In this document: piece by piece, positions 23,023 to 34,416 of the stretch
How the letters are laid out: the number at the start of each line of letters is the position of its first letter
Position numbering within the stretch: the stretch's first letter is position 1
From: an uncultured Aminicenantes bacterium
GTDB lineage: Bacteria; Acidobacteriota; Aminicenantia; UBA2199
Length of the DNA: 64,000 nt
Direction: 5' to 3'
Assembly: GCA_965195285.1 (NCBI GenBank)
Contig: CBDAFS010000011.1
Span: 1 to 64,000 of the forward strand
Translations under genes and position numbers: made by a program
The notes under the pieces: generated by a model
Told to the model about the DNA's origin: nothing
The model's input: the letters and a program-made list of their open reading frames with translations, nothing else
Databases searched by the model: none

Positions 23023-23133
23023 GGGAACGGCCATAGGGACGGACCCATGAGGCCGGGGATTGAGGAGATGGAAAACTCAATTAATTTGACAATAACAGAC
23101 TCAGATTAAATTGATAAAGTTTTTATCATATAG

Positions 23134-23161
23134 TTGACAAATGAAAAATACATGTTATAAT
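23134..23161 (+). promoter_or_regulatory. Consensus sigma70 promoter of groESL
   Basis: TTGACA-16 nt-TATAAT with extended TGn. Confidence 0.7.
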
Positions 23162-23234
23162 ATTTTAAAAGAGAAAGAATCTAAGTTGAGTAGGAAGAAT
23201 TTTTTAAACAAATATAGCAATTAAGGAGGCTAAC

Positions 23235-23501
23235 ATGAAAGTTCAACCTTTGGATGAAAGGGTATTGGTAAAACCCATTGAACCGGAAGAGAAAGTCGGT
23301 TCCATCATCATTCCGGATACGGCCAAGGAAAAACCCATGACCGGTGAAGTGATTGCTGTGGGAACGGATGAAGAAATTAAAAAGATACTCAAAGCCGGTG
23401 ATAAGGTCATATTCGGAAAATATGCCGGTGAAGAGATCAAAATCGATGACCAAAAACATCTCATCGTTACCAGAGCCGATATTCTGGCAAAGTTTAAATA
23501 G
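23235..23501 (+). CDS. groES: Co-chaperonin GroES
   Basis: [26 protein letters not shown]. Confidence 0.98.
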   Translation: MKVQPLDERVLVKPIEPEEKVGSIIIPDTAKEKPMTGEVIAVGTDEEIKKILKAGDKVIFGKYAGEEIKIDDQKHLIVTRADILAKFK

Positions 23502-23511
23502 GAAAAATTAA

Positions 23512-25143
<1,632 letters not shown>

Positions 25144-25166
25144 AAATAATTTTAATACCAAAATAC

Positions 25167-25202
25167 AAAGGGCAGCCTGGTTTCAGGCTGCCCTTTTTTT
25201 TT
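25167..25202 (+). terminator. Intrinsic terminator of groESL
   Basis: AAAGGGCAGCCTG-gttt-CAGGCTGCCCTTT plus poly-T. Confidence 0.92.
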
Positions 25203-25272
25203 GGCTATTGTGTTCCAAAAGGATTTCTATTTAATAGGGAGCAAAGTCGAATGTTAGGGGGCAAATAATTTA

Positions 25273-26181
25273 TTAATATATGACCTTGAGTTTATTTGAT
25301 AAAATTTCAGCCTCAATTTTGTGACCTTTAGTACATAAAAGTTCACCGTCATAATGCGCGATCAGGTCATCTTCTGAGGTGATGGTAACCTTCTTGGCTC
25401 GAAGCATTGTTGTGGCTTCATGGTTGACATGGGTGCCGTTCATGAAAGAAGGAATGAGTCTTAACATCTGCAATTTACTAATATTGCGAACCACGCATAT
25501 GTCGAAGTAACCGTCATCGAGTTGCGCATCGGGTGCCATGTAAAATCCGCCCCCTTCTCGACTTCCATTTGCCACTGTTATCTGTAGGGTCGACAATTCT
25601 ATTTTTTTACCATCGTATTCAAGAGTGACATTTGTCGATTTGTTGGACAGAAAAACCGTTTTTAAAACAACGGGAAAATACAGTGCCATACCTCGCAACC
25701 ATCTGAATTTTTGGGCTTCTACGGTCACAACCGCATCGAACCCGATACCCAGTTGGTTATCAAAATAACGCCTTTCCCCACCTGGTATTGTAATCACTCC
25801 CAGGTCTACAATTCGGGTCTGACTTTTTGCCAGGAGGTGACATGCCTCGTCCAGGTTTTTGGGGATACCCACATTGCCCATGAAATCACTGGCAGAGCCA
25901 GTCGGAAGGAGGCCCAGAGTGCCGGCAATTTTGCCATTCGAAGCGGCCATTAATCCGTTGACAACTTCATTGGTTGTCCCGTCTCCCCCGGCTGCAACGA
26001 TCAGATCAAAACCGTCTTTTACGGCCTGCTCAGCCAATTCGATTCCATGCCCTCGTTTTTGGGTACGAACCAGGTCAAAATTCAGTCCGGCTTTTTTAAG
26101 ATACTGTCTTATTTTCGGTTCAGCCCTGCCGCTGTACCCTTTTCCCGCAACCGGGTTCAAAATCACTTTAATTTTTTTCAT
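25273..26181 (-). CDS. Diacylglycerol/lipid kinase family protein (YegS/DgkB-like)
   Basis: NPVAG, GGDGTTNE, LPTGS, GIGFDA, DGE motifs. Confidence 0.92.
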   Translation of the reverse strand: MKKIKVILNPVAGKGYSGRAEPKIRQYLKKAGLNFDLVRTQKRGHGIELAEQAVKDGFDLIVAAGGDGTTNEVVNGLMAASNGKIAGTLGLLPTGSASDFMGNVGIPKNLDEACHLLAKSQTRIVDLGVITIPGGERRYFDNQLGIGFDAVVTVEAQKFRWLRGMALYFPVVLKTVFLSNKSTNVTLEYDGKKIELSTLQITVANGSREGGGFYMAPDAQLDDGYFDICVVRNISKLQMLRLIPSFMNGTHVNHEATTMLRAKKVTITSEDDLIAHYDGELLCTKGHKIEAEILSNKLKVIY

Positions 26182-26368
26182 AACCCTTCCTTATACGTTT
26201 GCCGTTGATAACAAAAGAATCTTTTTAATCCATCTGAAACCAAAAGTCAAGCCTGAAACCATTTTAAAAAACCAAAACCATCCCCTCCTACAGATATTGG
26301 CTTTTCTGGAACAAAAAGGGTATTATAAAAAACGATGTTTAGGGTTTTTTAATTGTTAAAGGAGGTTA

Positions 26369-28009
26369 ATGAAAATGGTTGACCGGAACATTAAAAGAAG
26401 AGATTTTTTAAAGACCTTGTTGGCAGGAATGCCGATGCTCGGCTTGGATTGGGCCTCGTTTCCCACCGGAAAGAGCGGAGGAAAAGATAAGGCAACATTT
26501 GATGCTGTGATTATAGGGTCTGGCCTTGGGGGGTTGAGTTGTGCTGCAGCCTTTGCACGGCAGGGATTCAAACCTTTGGTATTGGAGCAGCATTATATAC
26601 CTGGCGGATATGCCACAACCTTCAAGAGACCAGGCGGATTTGTTTTTGATGTTTCCCTTCATTCCACTACAGTCGGTGAGAGAAATGGAGTTGCAAACCT
26701 TATTCCCGGTTTTCCTGAGATAAAGGACGTCGAGTTTGTACCCCATCCCCATCTATACCGTACCATTTTTCCGGATTACGATTTCCGGGTACCCCAAAAA
26801 AATCTGAAAAAATACATCGATAAACTTGTCGGTTATTTCCCTTACGAAAAGCCGGGTATCGAAGGAATTTTTGAGGATATGAAAGGGTTGACCGGAGACA
26901 TAAATAAGTATTCGCGGGCAGGGGACAAGGTTGATATGAACAGCTTTCCACAGGATTTTCCTTATCTATTCAAAAGTGTTAACAAAACCTGGGGGGCTCT
27001 TGTGGATACCCGGATTAAGGATCCCAAGTTGAAAGCTATCATCTCGTCGCTTTGGGGATACTATGGCCTTCCCCCATCCAAACTCGCCAGCTTTTATTAT
27101 GCATTGCCCACTATAGGCTATCTTTCAAATGGAGGATTTTACCCCAAAGGCAGATCCCAGAAAATCAGTAATGCCTTTGTAAAGTTCATCGAAAGCAAGG
27201 GTGGTAAAGTCAAGCTGAAATCAAAAGTGGTGAAGATCTTGGTAAAAGATCATGTGGCCTACGGAGTTAAGACTGCTGATGGGAAAGAGTATAAAGCAAA
27301 AGTCGTGGTTTCAAACGCCAATGCTTTTGATACTTTTTTAAAGATGATGGATGAGAGGGATTTTTTGAAGAGTTATCTGGCCAAGTTCGAAAATTACAGT
27401 GTGAGTCTATCGTGTTTTCAGGTTTTTTTAGGGCTGAAAAAGGACTTGGTCAGAAAAGTGGGTATTGAGGACAGCGAATTGTTTTATTCTCCGGGCTATG
27501 ATGATGATGCCGCTTATAAAGCCTTTCTCGATGCCAATATAGAAAATTCAGGCTATGGATTGATGCTGTATGATAATGTTTATAAAGGTTATTCTCCAAA
27601 AGGGAAGAATACCGTCAATATTCTCGCACTTCAGGGCTTCAAACATTGGGAGAAGTATGAGGCCGATTACTTGAAAGGAAACAAAAAAGAGTATCGGAAG
27701 GAGAAAGAGAGAATGGCTGAAATATTGATCAAAAAGGTAGAGGAAACGGTTCTTCCCGGATTGTCTGATGCTATAGCGGTGAAGGAGATAGGAACACCGT
27801 TGACCAACTGGCGTTACACCCGGAATTACCGGGGAGCCATATACGGATGGGATCAGACCATGAATAACACCGGTCCGAATCGTGTGCCACACACCACTCC
27901 GATTAAAAACCTTTATCTTGCCGGCGCCTGGACCCGTCCGGGTCATGGATATGGTGCTGTTATTCCGAGTGGCCTGGAGTGTTTTGCAGAGATCATGAAG
28001 AAATGGTAG
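26369..28009 (+). CDS. FAD-dependent phytoene desaturase/retinol saturase-like oxidoreductase with Tat signal
   Basis: KRRDFLK Tat motif; IIGSGLGGL Rossmann fold; GTPLT, GAIYG, NLYLAGAWTRPGHG. Confidence 0.88.
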   Translation: MKMVDRNIKRRDFLKTLLAGMPMLGLDWASFPTGKSGGKDKATFDAVIIGSGLGGLSCAAAFARQGFKPLVLEQHYIPGGYATTFKRPGGFVFDVSLHSTTVGERNGVANLIPGFPEIKDVEFVPHPHLYRTIFPDYDFRVPQKNLKKYIDKLVGYFPYEKPGIEGIFEDMKGLTGDINKYSRAGDKVDMNSFPQDFPYLFKSVNKTWGALVDTRIKDPKLKAIISSLWGYYGLPPSKLASFYYALPTIGYLSNGGFYPKGRSQKISNAFVKFIESKGGKVKLKSKVVKILVKDHVAYGVKTADGKEYKAKVVVSNANAFDTFLKMMDERDFLKSYLAKFENYSVSLSCFQVFLGLKKDLVRKVGIEDSELFYSPGYDDDAAYKAFLDANIENSGYGLMLYDNVYKGYSPKGKNTVNILALQGFKHWEKYEADYLKGNKKEYRKEKERMAEILIKKVEETVLPGLSDAIAVKEIGTPLTNWRYTRNYRGAIYGWDQTMNNTGPNRVPHTTPIKNLYLAGAWTRPGHGYGAVIPSGLECFAEIMKKW

Positions 28010-28169
28010 GTATCGATCGCAAAAAATAGCCCATTGAATTTATTTAGAACGTTGAATACCCAGTATACAAAATCATATTTATAAAGCCGGCATTATCCCA
28101 TCTCCTTTTGATTATAAACAGGCGAGAGTCCGGTATAAGGAAAAAGGGTGAAGAAGTCAATTCGATCCA

Positions 28170-28198
28170 TTGAAAATATATTCAATGACTGTTAAAAT
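28170..28198 (+). promoter_or_regulatory. Sigma70 promoter overlapped by palindrome CATTGAA-N6-TTCAATG (28168-28187)
   Basis: TTGAAA-17 nt-TAAAAT with TGn extension. Confidence 0.55.
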
Positions 28199-28217
28199 GG
28201 GAATCTGGTAATTTATT

Positions 28218-30092
28218 ATGGGTAATGTTATTGAAAAAAAGGGTTCAAAAAATTCATACGATTATATCCTTGATACCGTATCCAATCCCATAATCGAGGT
28301 AGATGAAAATCTAATTATAGCACTGGCAAACAGGGAAGCCCATAAGATTTGGCCGTCGCTGGTTGAAGGGAAGAGTTTTTCTTACGAGATATTATTTTCT
28401 ATGGAAGAAAAACCTGAGGATTGTATTGTTGAGAATACCTTTAAATCAAAGAAACCCCAGTCTGCCGAGATAAACACAAAAAAAGGCGAGATTTTTGAAA
28501 TAAAAACCAATTATGTCAAGAGGAAGGGCTCTACAAGGGTAGTAGTCCACATACTTGACATCACAGAACGCATAAAGATAAAGGAGGAACTGCAGGAGAG
28601 TGAGGAGAAATACCGTACCTTAACCGAAAATATCAATGTAGGAATATACAGAAGCATTCATGGGCCTGAGGGTGAATATATTGAAGTGAACCCTGCAATG
28701 TTCAAGATGTTTGGGTATAATAGTAGAGAGGAATTCCTAAAAATACTTCCTGTTAATCTATACCAGGTTAAAAAGGATAGAGCTAGATTCAGTAAAAAAT
28801 TGTTAAAACAGGGATTTGTAAGGAATGAAGAATTAAATGTAAAAAAAGAAGACGGAACACAGATTATTTGTTCTACTACTGCCATAGCGGTTAGAGACCA
28901 GAATGGGGAGGTAAAATATATTGATGGTATTGTTGAAAATATCACCGAGCGGAAGCTAACAGAGCAGGCTTTGAAGGAAGCCCATGAGCAACTTGAAAAG
29001 CGGGTTGAAGAGCGAACAGCCGAACTTAAAGTTGCCAATCTGGAACTTCAACAGGAAATCCTCGAGCGCAAGAAAGCCGAAGAAGCGCTCCGTAAATCCG
29101 AAGCCAATTACCGCGGCCTTATTGAAAATATGCTGGAAGGAGTATATCAAACCAGGCCGGACGGCAAAATCATATCTTCCAATCCGGCACTTGTGCAAAT
29201 GTTGGGATACGACTCAGAAGAGGAACTCTGTATTGCTGCCAGCGCAGAGGATCTTTACATGGACTCTAAAGACAGAAAGGTTATGACAAGTAAAATAGAG
29301 GAGAAAGGTGAACTCAGAAATGTTGAGTTAAATTTGAAGAAAAAGAATGGTCAAGGGATTACAGCGCTGGAGAATGCACGTGTGGTTCGAGACCAGCAGA
29401 GTAAGGTGATGTTTTATGAAGGAGTACTCACTGACATCAGTGAGCGCAAGCAGGCAGAGGAAAAGATCAAAGCTGCCCTTGAAGAAAAAGAAGTGCTTTT
29501 AAAGGAAATCCATCACAGGGTCAAAAATAACATGCAGATGGTTTCAAGCTTACTTAAACTTCAAGAAATAAAAATGAAAGATTTAACAGTAAAAAAAGCC
29601 TTTAAGGAAAGTCAGAACCGTATCCGATCCATGGCCATGATTCATGAAAAACTGTATCAGTCTGAAGATCTCACCAAGATTGATATTGGAAAATATATCG
29701 AAAGTCTTACTACTGATTTATTCTGGACATATAATGTGAGGCCAGATACAATAAAATTGCGTATTAGAGTCAAAAATGTTTACTTTGATATAGATTTAGC
29801 AATTTCCTGCGGTTTGATCATCAATGAACTGATTTCGAATTCACTAAAATATGCCTTTCCAGAAGGAAAAAAAGGTGAAATAATTATCGACTTCAGTTTG
29901 AAAAATGACAAATATCAATTAACGGTTGGCGATAATGGAACTGGATTCCCGGAAGATCTGGATTTCCGGAAAGTAGAGTCATTGGGTTTGCAATTGGTAA
30001 TGCTCTTGGGGAAGAAGATAAAAGGAACAATTGAGCTTAATAGAAGAAAGGGAACGGTCTTTAAAATAATATTTAAAGGCAATGGAGATTAA
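28218..30092 (+). CDS. Cytoplasmic multi-PAS sensor histidine kinase (HisKA_2 type)
   Basis: Three PAS/PAC modules (DITERI, NITERK, DISERK), LLKEIHHRVKNN H-box, NELISNSLKYAF, DNGTG, SLGL. Confidence 0.93.
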   Translation: MGNVIEKKGSKNSYDYILDTVSNPIIEVDENLIIALANREAHKIWPSLVEGKSFSYEILFSMEEKPEDCIVENTFKSKKPQSAEINTKKGEIFEIKTNYVKRKGSTRVVVHILDITERIKIKEELQESEEKYRTLTENINVGIYRSIHGPEGEYIEVNPAMFKMFGYNSREEFLKILPVNLYQVKKDRARFSKKLLKQGFVRNEELNVKKEDGTQIICSTTAIAVRDQNGEVKYIDGIVENITERKLTEQALKEAHEQLEKRVEERTAELKVANLELQQEILERKKAEEALRKSEANYRGLIENMLEGVYQTRPDGKIISSNPALVQMLGYDSEEELCIAASAEDLYMDSKDRKVMTSKIEEKGELRNVELNLKKKNGQGITALENARVVRDQQSKVMFYEGVLTDISERKQAEEKIKAALEEKEVLLKEIHHRVKNNMQMVSSLLKLQEIKMKDLTVKKAFKESQNRIRSMAMIHEKLYQSEDLTKIDIGKYIESLTTDLFWTYNVRPDTIKLRIRVKNVYFDIDLAISCGLIINELISNSLKYAFPEGKKGEIIIDFSLKNDKYQLTVGDNGTGFPEDLDFRKVESLGLQLVMLLGKKIKGTIELNRRKGTVFKIIFKGNGD

Positions 30093-30109
30093 AAAGGAGA
30101 GTACTTTTT

Positions 30110-30784
30110 ATGAAAAAACAGACTATACTTATTGTAGATGATGAAATAGTCGTTGTTCAATCAATCAAGGATCACATATTAGAAAAGGGCGACAGGTACA
30201 TTATAAAAACATCTTTTAATGGAAAAGAAGCACTCGATATTTTAAAAAAAGAAAAGATAAACCTCATGATTCTTGATTTAAATATGCCTGTTTTGGATGG
30301 TATTCAGTTATTAACAGAACTTTATAACAGAAATATATGGTTGCCCGTAGTAATCCTTACAAAGGTGATAACTCTTATTTCAGATAATAAAGGGGACATA
30401 TTAGGAGATTTTGGAATAGTTGATTATTTAGAAAAACCAATCAATTTCGATAAACTGGACAAAAGAATCGAAGAGATATTGAACCGTTTTGAAGTGATTA
30501 AAGAATCGGCTTCCCGTATCGATCTCCATAAGATACTGCTAATCATTAAAATGGAAAGAAGAACAGGAGTTCTAACAATAAAATTCGGGGAAAAAAATGG
30601 GAAAATATTTTTCAAAGATGGGGCTGTTGTGGATGCCGAGGTTGAGAGTCTTTCTTCAGATGAATCGCTGGAGGAGTGTCTAAAATCTGATAATGATGAG
30701 AAAAGAATAAGTATAGAGTATATTAACCATAGCAGAGAGAACAAAATAAATAGATCTTTGGAAGATATTTTACGTGATTCATAG
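30110..30784 (+). CDS. Response regulator receiver plus DUF4388-like domain
   Basis: ILIVDDE, ILDLNMP, KP; C-terminal ERRTGVLTI...GKIFFKDGAVVDA. Confidence 0.88.
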   Translation: MKKQTILIVDDEIVVVQSIKDHILEKGDRYIIKTSFNGKEALDILKKEKINLMILDLNMPVLDGIQLLTELYNRNIWLPVVILTKVITLISDNKGDILGDFGIVDYLEKPINFDKLDKRIEEILNRFEVIKESASRIDLHKILLIIKMERRTGVLTIKFGEKNGKIFFKDGAVVDAEVESLSSDESLEECLKSDNDEKRISIEYINHSRENKINRSLEDILRDS

Positions 30785-31102
30785 TAATTGAGTGATGAGA
30801 AAGACAACTGCTCACATTTTCTGAAGGAGAACTGAGAGGGGGGTCAGGTCTTTCATTTTAGCGTTTCTCCTTTTTTTGATACTTTTTTATTATTCGACTG
30901 ATAATTGTATAATGTAAATTCAAGTAATCTGCTATCTCTTTTTGGGAATAATTATTCCTATGATAAACAGAATAAATTATCTCATCTCTACTCTTTCCTG
31001 ACCTCATTTCTTTTTGACAAAAAAGGTGACACCCATTAGAAGGTTAGTGTCAAACAGGCAGACTAATTTTTTAAAATACCTGATATAAAAAGAAAACGGA
31101 AA

Positions 31103-31493
31103 ATTCGGAAGCAGACTGTAAGCCGGGTTCTGTTGTAAAGGATCATTTATCTGGGCGGTTAATCGCTTAACCGCTCAAGCAGCTAACCCGGGGCTGGCCG
31201 GGAAAGCCTTAGCGCCCTCTGTTTAGCCTTGCTCCGGATGGGGTTTATCTCAGTTCCGGCTGTCGCCAGCCAAAACGGTGAGCTCTTACCTCACCTTTTC
31301 ACCGTTACCCGGTATTGGCGGAAATTCCGCCGGCCACCGGGCAGTCTGTTCTCTGTGACACTTTCCTTACTTGCACTATGGCAAGCAGTTCCGGTTGGGA
31401 ACCATCCTTCCCTGCGGAGCCCGGACTTTCCTCCGGTATCCCGGACCGGTTACCCGGTTCAGAATCCCGGTGATCCTTCATCTGCTTCCGAAT
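31103..31493 (-). ncRNA. rnpB: RNase P RNA (bacterial type A)
   Basis: Minus strand has GAGGAAAGTCCGGGCTCC, AGTGTCACAGAGAA, GGTGAAAAGGTGAGGTAAGAGC, GGAGCAAGG and ACAGAACCCGGCTTAC; P1 pairs ATTCGGAAGCAGA with TCTGCTTCCGAAT. Confidence 0.97.
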
Positions 31494-32853
31494 GATCCGG
31501 TATGATTATACCAAGAAATTCGATTTTTTTATACAGATTGCTCCGGGGTAACTGGATTTCTCGGGCAGTCCTGGCAATGTTGAAGCGGAATTCCTTCAGT
31601 TTTTCTTCCAGAAAATGTTTTTCCGATTGCTGTTTGAACTGTTTCCAGGAGGTAATATTTTGAAATGAAAATTCATGGGGTTTTTCCTCTACCTGAAAAT
31701 AATCCGGTAAATCATTTTCGGTTATGGTTTTGTTTTCGGACATGATTAACAGTCGTTCCACCAGGTTGCGCAATTCCCGTACATTGCCTTTCCAGATATA
31801 GTTGATCATCATGTCCAGGGATTTTTTTGAAAATGATTTTTTTTTATAATTGTTTTCTTCGGAAAAATACTCGATAAAATGGTTAATAAGCAGTGGAATA
31901 TCTGTCCTTCTTTCAATGAGGGAGGGGCAGTACACCGGAACCACATTGAGTCTGAAATACAGGTCATCGCGGAAATTCCCCTTTTTTAATTCTTCCTTCA
32001 GATCTTTATTGGTGGCTGAAATGACTCGTACATCGACTTTTTTGATCTCTGCGGAACCGACTCGCTGTATTTCGCCTTCTTCCAGTACTCGCAGTACTTT
32101 TGCCTGCGCTTTCAAACTGAGATCACCCACTTCATCCAGAAAAATGCTTCCTTGGTGGGCATTTTCAAACTTTCCTATTTTTTTTTCATAGGCCCCTGTA
32201 AAAGAGCCCTTTTCATGACCGAACAATTCACTTTCAATCAATTCATCCGGAATGGCAGCGCAGTTGACCTGGACAAACTTTTTATCCTTTCTCCGGGAAA
32301 AGTGGTGAATGTTGCGTGAAATCAATTCTTTACCGGTTCCGCTATGACCGAAGATGAGAACGGTTGAATCGCTTTTGGCTACTCGTTGAATGATTTCCCT
32401 CAGTTTTTTCATTACCGGTGATTCACCGATCAGAACATATTTTTTTTTACTGATTCCTTTCAGGTTGTAGTTCTCCTTGAGAAGGTTCACCTTTTCAGAG
32501 GCATTGCGGACCGTAAGCAGTAATTTTTCCCTGGATATGGGTTTTTCCAGAAAATCAAAGGCACCCAGCCGGGACGCTTCCAAAGCTTCCTGGATGCCGG
32601 AGTGGCCTGAAATCATGATTATTTCGGACATTTTATTAATGTTTTTTAAATTCTTTAATACCTCGATACCATCAAAGCCCGGCATTTTCACATCCAGCAA
32701 TACGATATCGGGATTCAGTGTCTTAAATAACTCCATGCCGTCCAGGCCGCTGTTGCAGGTTTCTACCTGGTAATTTTCGTAGGTAAGAACCATTTTTATG
32801 GATTCCAGAATATTCTTCTCGTCATCAATGACCAGTATTTTTATATCTTCCAT
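31459..32853 (-). CDS. Sigma54-interacting response regulator, NtrC/NtrX family
   Basis: REC domain, GHSGTGKE Walker A, GSFTGA, FLDE, WKGNVREL, C-terminal Fis-type HTH. Confidence 0.93.
   Translation of the reverse strand: MEDIKILVIDDEKNILESIKMVLTYENYQVETCNSGLDGMELFKTLNPDIVLLDVKMPGFDGIEVLKNLKNINKMSEIIMISGHSGIQEALEASRLGAFDFLEKPISREKLLLTVRNASEKVNLLKENYNLKGISKKKYVLIGESPVMKKLREIIQRVAKSDSTVLIFGHSGTGKELISRNIHHFSRRKDKKFVQVNCAAIPDELIESELFGHEKGSFTGAYEKKIGKFENAHQGSIFLDEVGDLSLKAQAKVLRVLEEGEIQRVGSAEIKKVDVRVISATNKDLKEELKKGNFRDDLYFRLNVVPVYCPSLIERRTDIPLLINHFIEYFSEENNYKKKSFSKKSLDMMINYIWKGNVRELRNLVERLLIMSENKTITENDLPDYFQVEEKPHEFSFQNITSWKQFKQQSEKHFLEEKLKEFRFNIARTAREIQLPRSNLYKKIEFLGIIIPDHSEADEGSPGF
31505..31513 (-). 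promoter_or_regulatory. Putative extended -10 promoter for rnpB, inside the NtrX-like CDS
   Basis: Minus strand TGGTATAAT ends 11 nt upstream of the P1 5' strand. Confidence 0.55.
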
Positions 32854-32940
32854 GCTTCATATATAGCAAAAAGGTGATCAGATTTCAATCGAAAAGTATA
32901 GATATTATCAGATTTGAATTTTTTTAACCAGACTGAAAAA

Positions 32941-34320
32941 TTAGCGGGTTGACCAGCTTTTTTTGGTAATGGTCAACCCGGCGGTGGTAAATATCAAGAT
33001 GGTGAAAATACTGCTGAATATGGAAAAAATGAGGACATAGGGAAAGTCCTTCTTGCCCTCGATCCTTAAATAGTAAAGCATATAGAAAAATCCGAAGAGT
33101 ATGGAATAGGCCAGAATTCTGAAAATCAGGTGGCTGTCAATGAAACCTGAAAATAGAAAATAGTAAAACCAGATGAAATGAAGGATCAGCAGGGAAACCG
33201 TGGAGAAGAATTCAAGAAAAGGGAGAATTCGGTTGCCCTTTCTCTTTTCACTCAGCATAAAACCGGAAAAAATGATGCTTTCCCTGATATTGCTGCGGGC
33301 CCAGCGGGTCAGCATTTTCAGAATATTTTGGAGCTGAACCGGAATGATGGTAAAGGCATAGGCTTTCCGCTGGTAAAAGGTCCCGAACCCATTACGCAGA
33401 ATATGGTTGGTTAGGCTGCGGTCTTCTCCGTAGGTACAATATTTATTTAAAAATTTCTGATTCAACCATTTTTCCAGCACCTGGTGGAGCACTTCACTGC
33501 GGTAGGCGGTAAAGGCCCCGGATAGACAAAGAACGCTGGAAAAGGTGGATTGAACGGCCCGGGTAAAATCAAACGCCATGGCAAAATGGGCATTCAGCAT
33601 TTTGGTGAACAGGTTGGCACTGCTGTTCCAGATTTTAATCCGGCCGGTTACAGCTCCGATTTTTTCATTCAAAATGAGCGGGGAGATAATTTCCCGGATA
33701 GCGTTGGTATCCAGACGGGTATCCGAATCAACCGTGATTACATAGGGAGTCGTGGCTTTCTTGTAAGCCTGGTACAGGGCTTTTCGCTTGCCCTGATTTT
33801 TAGAGAATTTGATCAATTCCACCAAGTGGGGGAATTGATCAGCTGCTTTTTTCATATGGAAATAGGTGTCATCGGTTGAACCGTCGTCGATGCCGATGAT
33901 TTTAAGCTTTTCCATGGGATAATTGCTGTTGGTGATTGAGCAAATGGTCTGGTAAATAATTTTGCTCTCATTGTAGGCTGGTATAACAACCGTAATATCA
34001 GGCCAGTTTTTCACCATAGTAGAATCATAAGCTCGGTACCTGAACCAGAGATAGGTCCGGAATGCCAGAGAAGAGACGAATATCAAGCTGCTGATAAACA
34101 ACATGTATTTGAACAACAGACTGGCCTGATTCCCCATCTGATAAAATTTCCAGTGAAACAGCATGTTCTGCCTGAGGGCAATGGCAATGATGGTAATCCC
34201 GAAAACCAGAATAGAGAAACGAACCACTGGTTCCCACATGTCCCAGTTGAACAGACTTTTGGGTTTTATGAGCAGCAATTGCTGGCTGCTGTGAATTTTT
34301 TTCATGTTGTTTCCATTCAA
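32941..34320 (-). CDS. GT2 processive glycosyltransferase, hyaluronan synthase/NodC-like (start may be ATG at 34305)
   Basis: PAYNE, DDGS, GKR, VDSD, CLSG, GEDRSLT, LTRWARS motifs; N- and C-terminal TM helices. Confidence 0.88.
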   Translation of the reverse strand: MNGNNMKKIHSSQQLLLIKPKSLFNWDMWEPVVRFSILVFGITIIAIALRQNMLFHWKFYQMGNQASLLFKYMLFISSLIFVSSLAFRTYLWFRYRAYDSTMVKNWPDITVVIPAYNESKIIYQTICSITNSNYPMEKLKIIGIDDGSTDDTYFHMKKAADQFPHLVELIKFSKNQGKRKALYQAYKKATTPYVITVDSDTRLDTNAIREIISPLILNEKIGAVTGRIKIWNSSANLFTKMLNAHFAMAFDFTRAVQSTFSSVLCLSGAFTAYRSEVLHQVLEKWLNQKFLNKYCTYGEDRSLTNHILRNGFGTFYQRKAYAFTIIPVQLQNILKMLTRWARSNIRESIIFSGFMLSEKRKGNRILPFLEFFSTVSLLILHFIWFYYFLFSGFIDSHLIFRILAYSILFGFFYMLYYLRIEGKKDFPYVLIFSIFSSIFTILIFTTAGLTITKKSWSTR

Positions 34321-34416
34321 GTTATTACCAGTCGATATTTTAAAAAAAAAGACATTTAAATATGCACTCTTTATTTTTTATTGACAAACCAATTTGAATA
34401 ATCGGTCAATGTAATT

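Noticed and set aside
23059-23081. ATTGAG...CTCAAT dyad as an HspR HAIR operator
   Set aside because: The spacing (TTGAG-N11-CTCAA) does not match CTTGAGT-N7-ACTCAAG.
31229-31495. 88-aa + strand ORF
   Set aside because: It is the antisense shadow of RNase P RNA.
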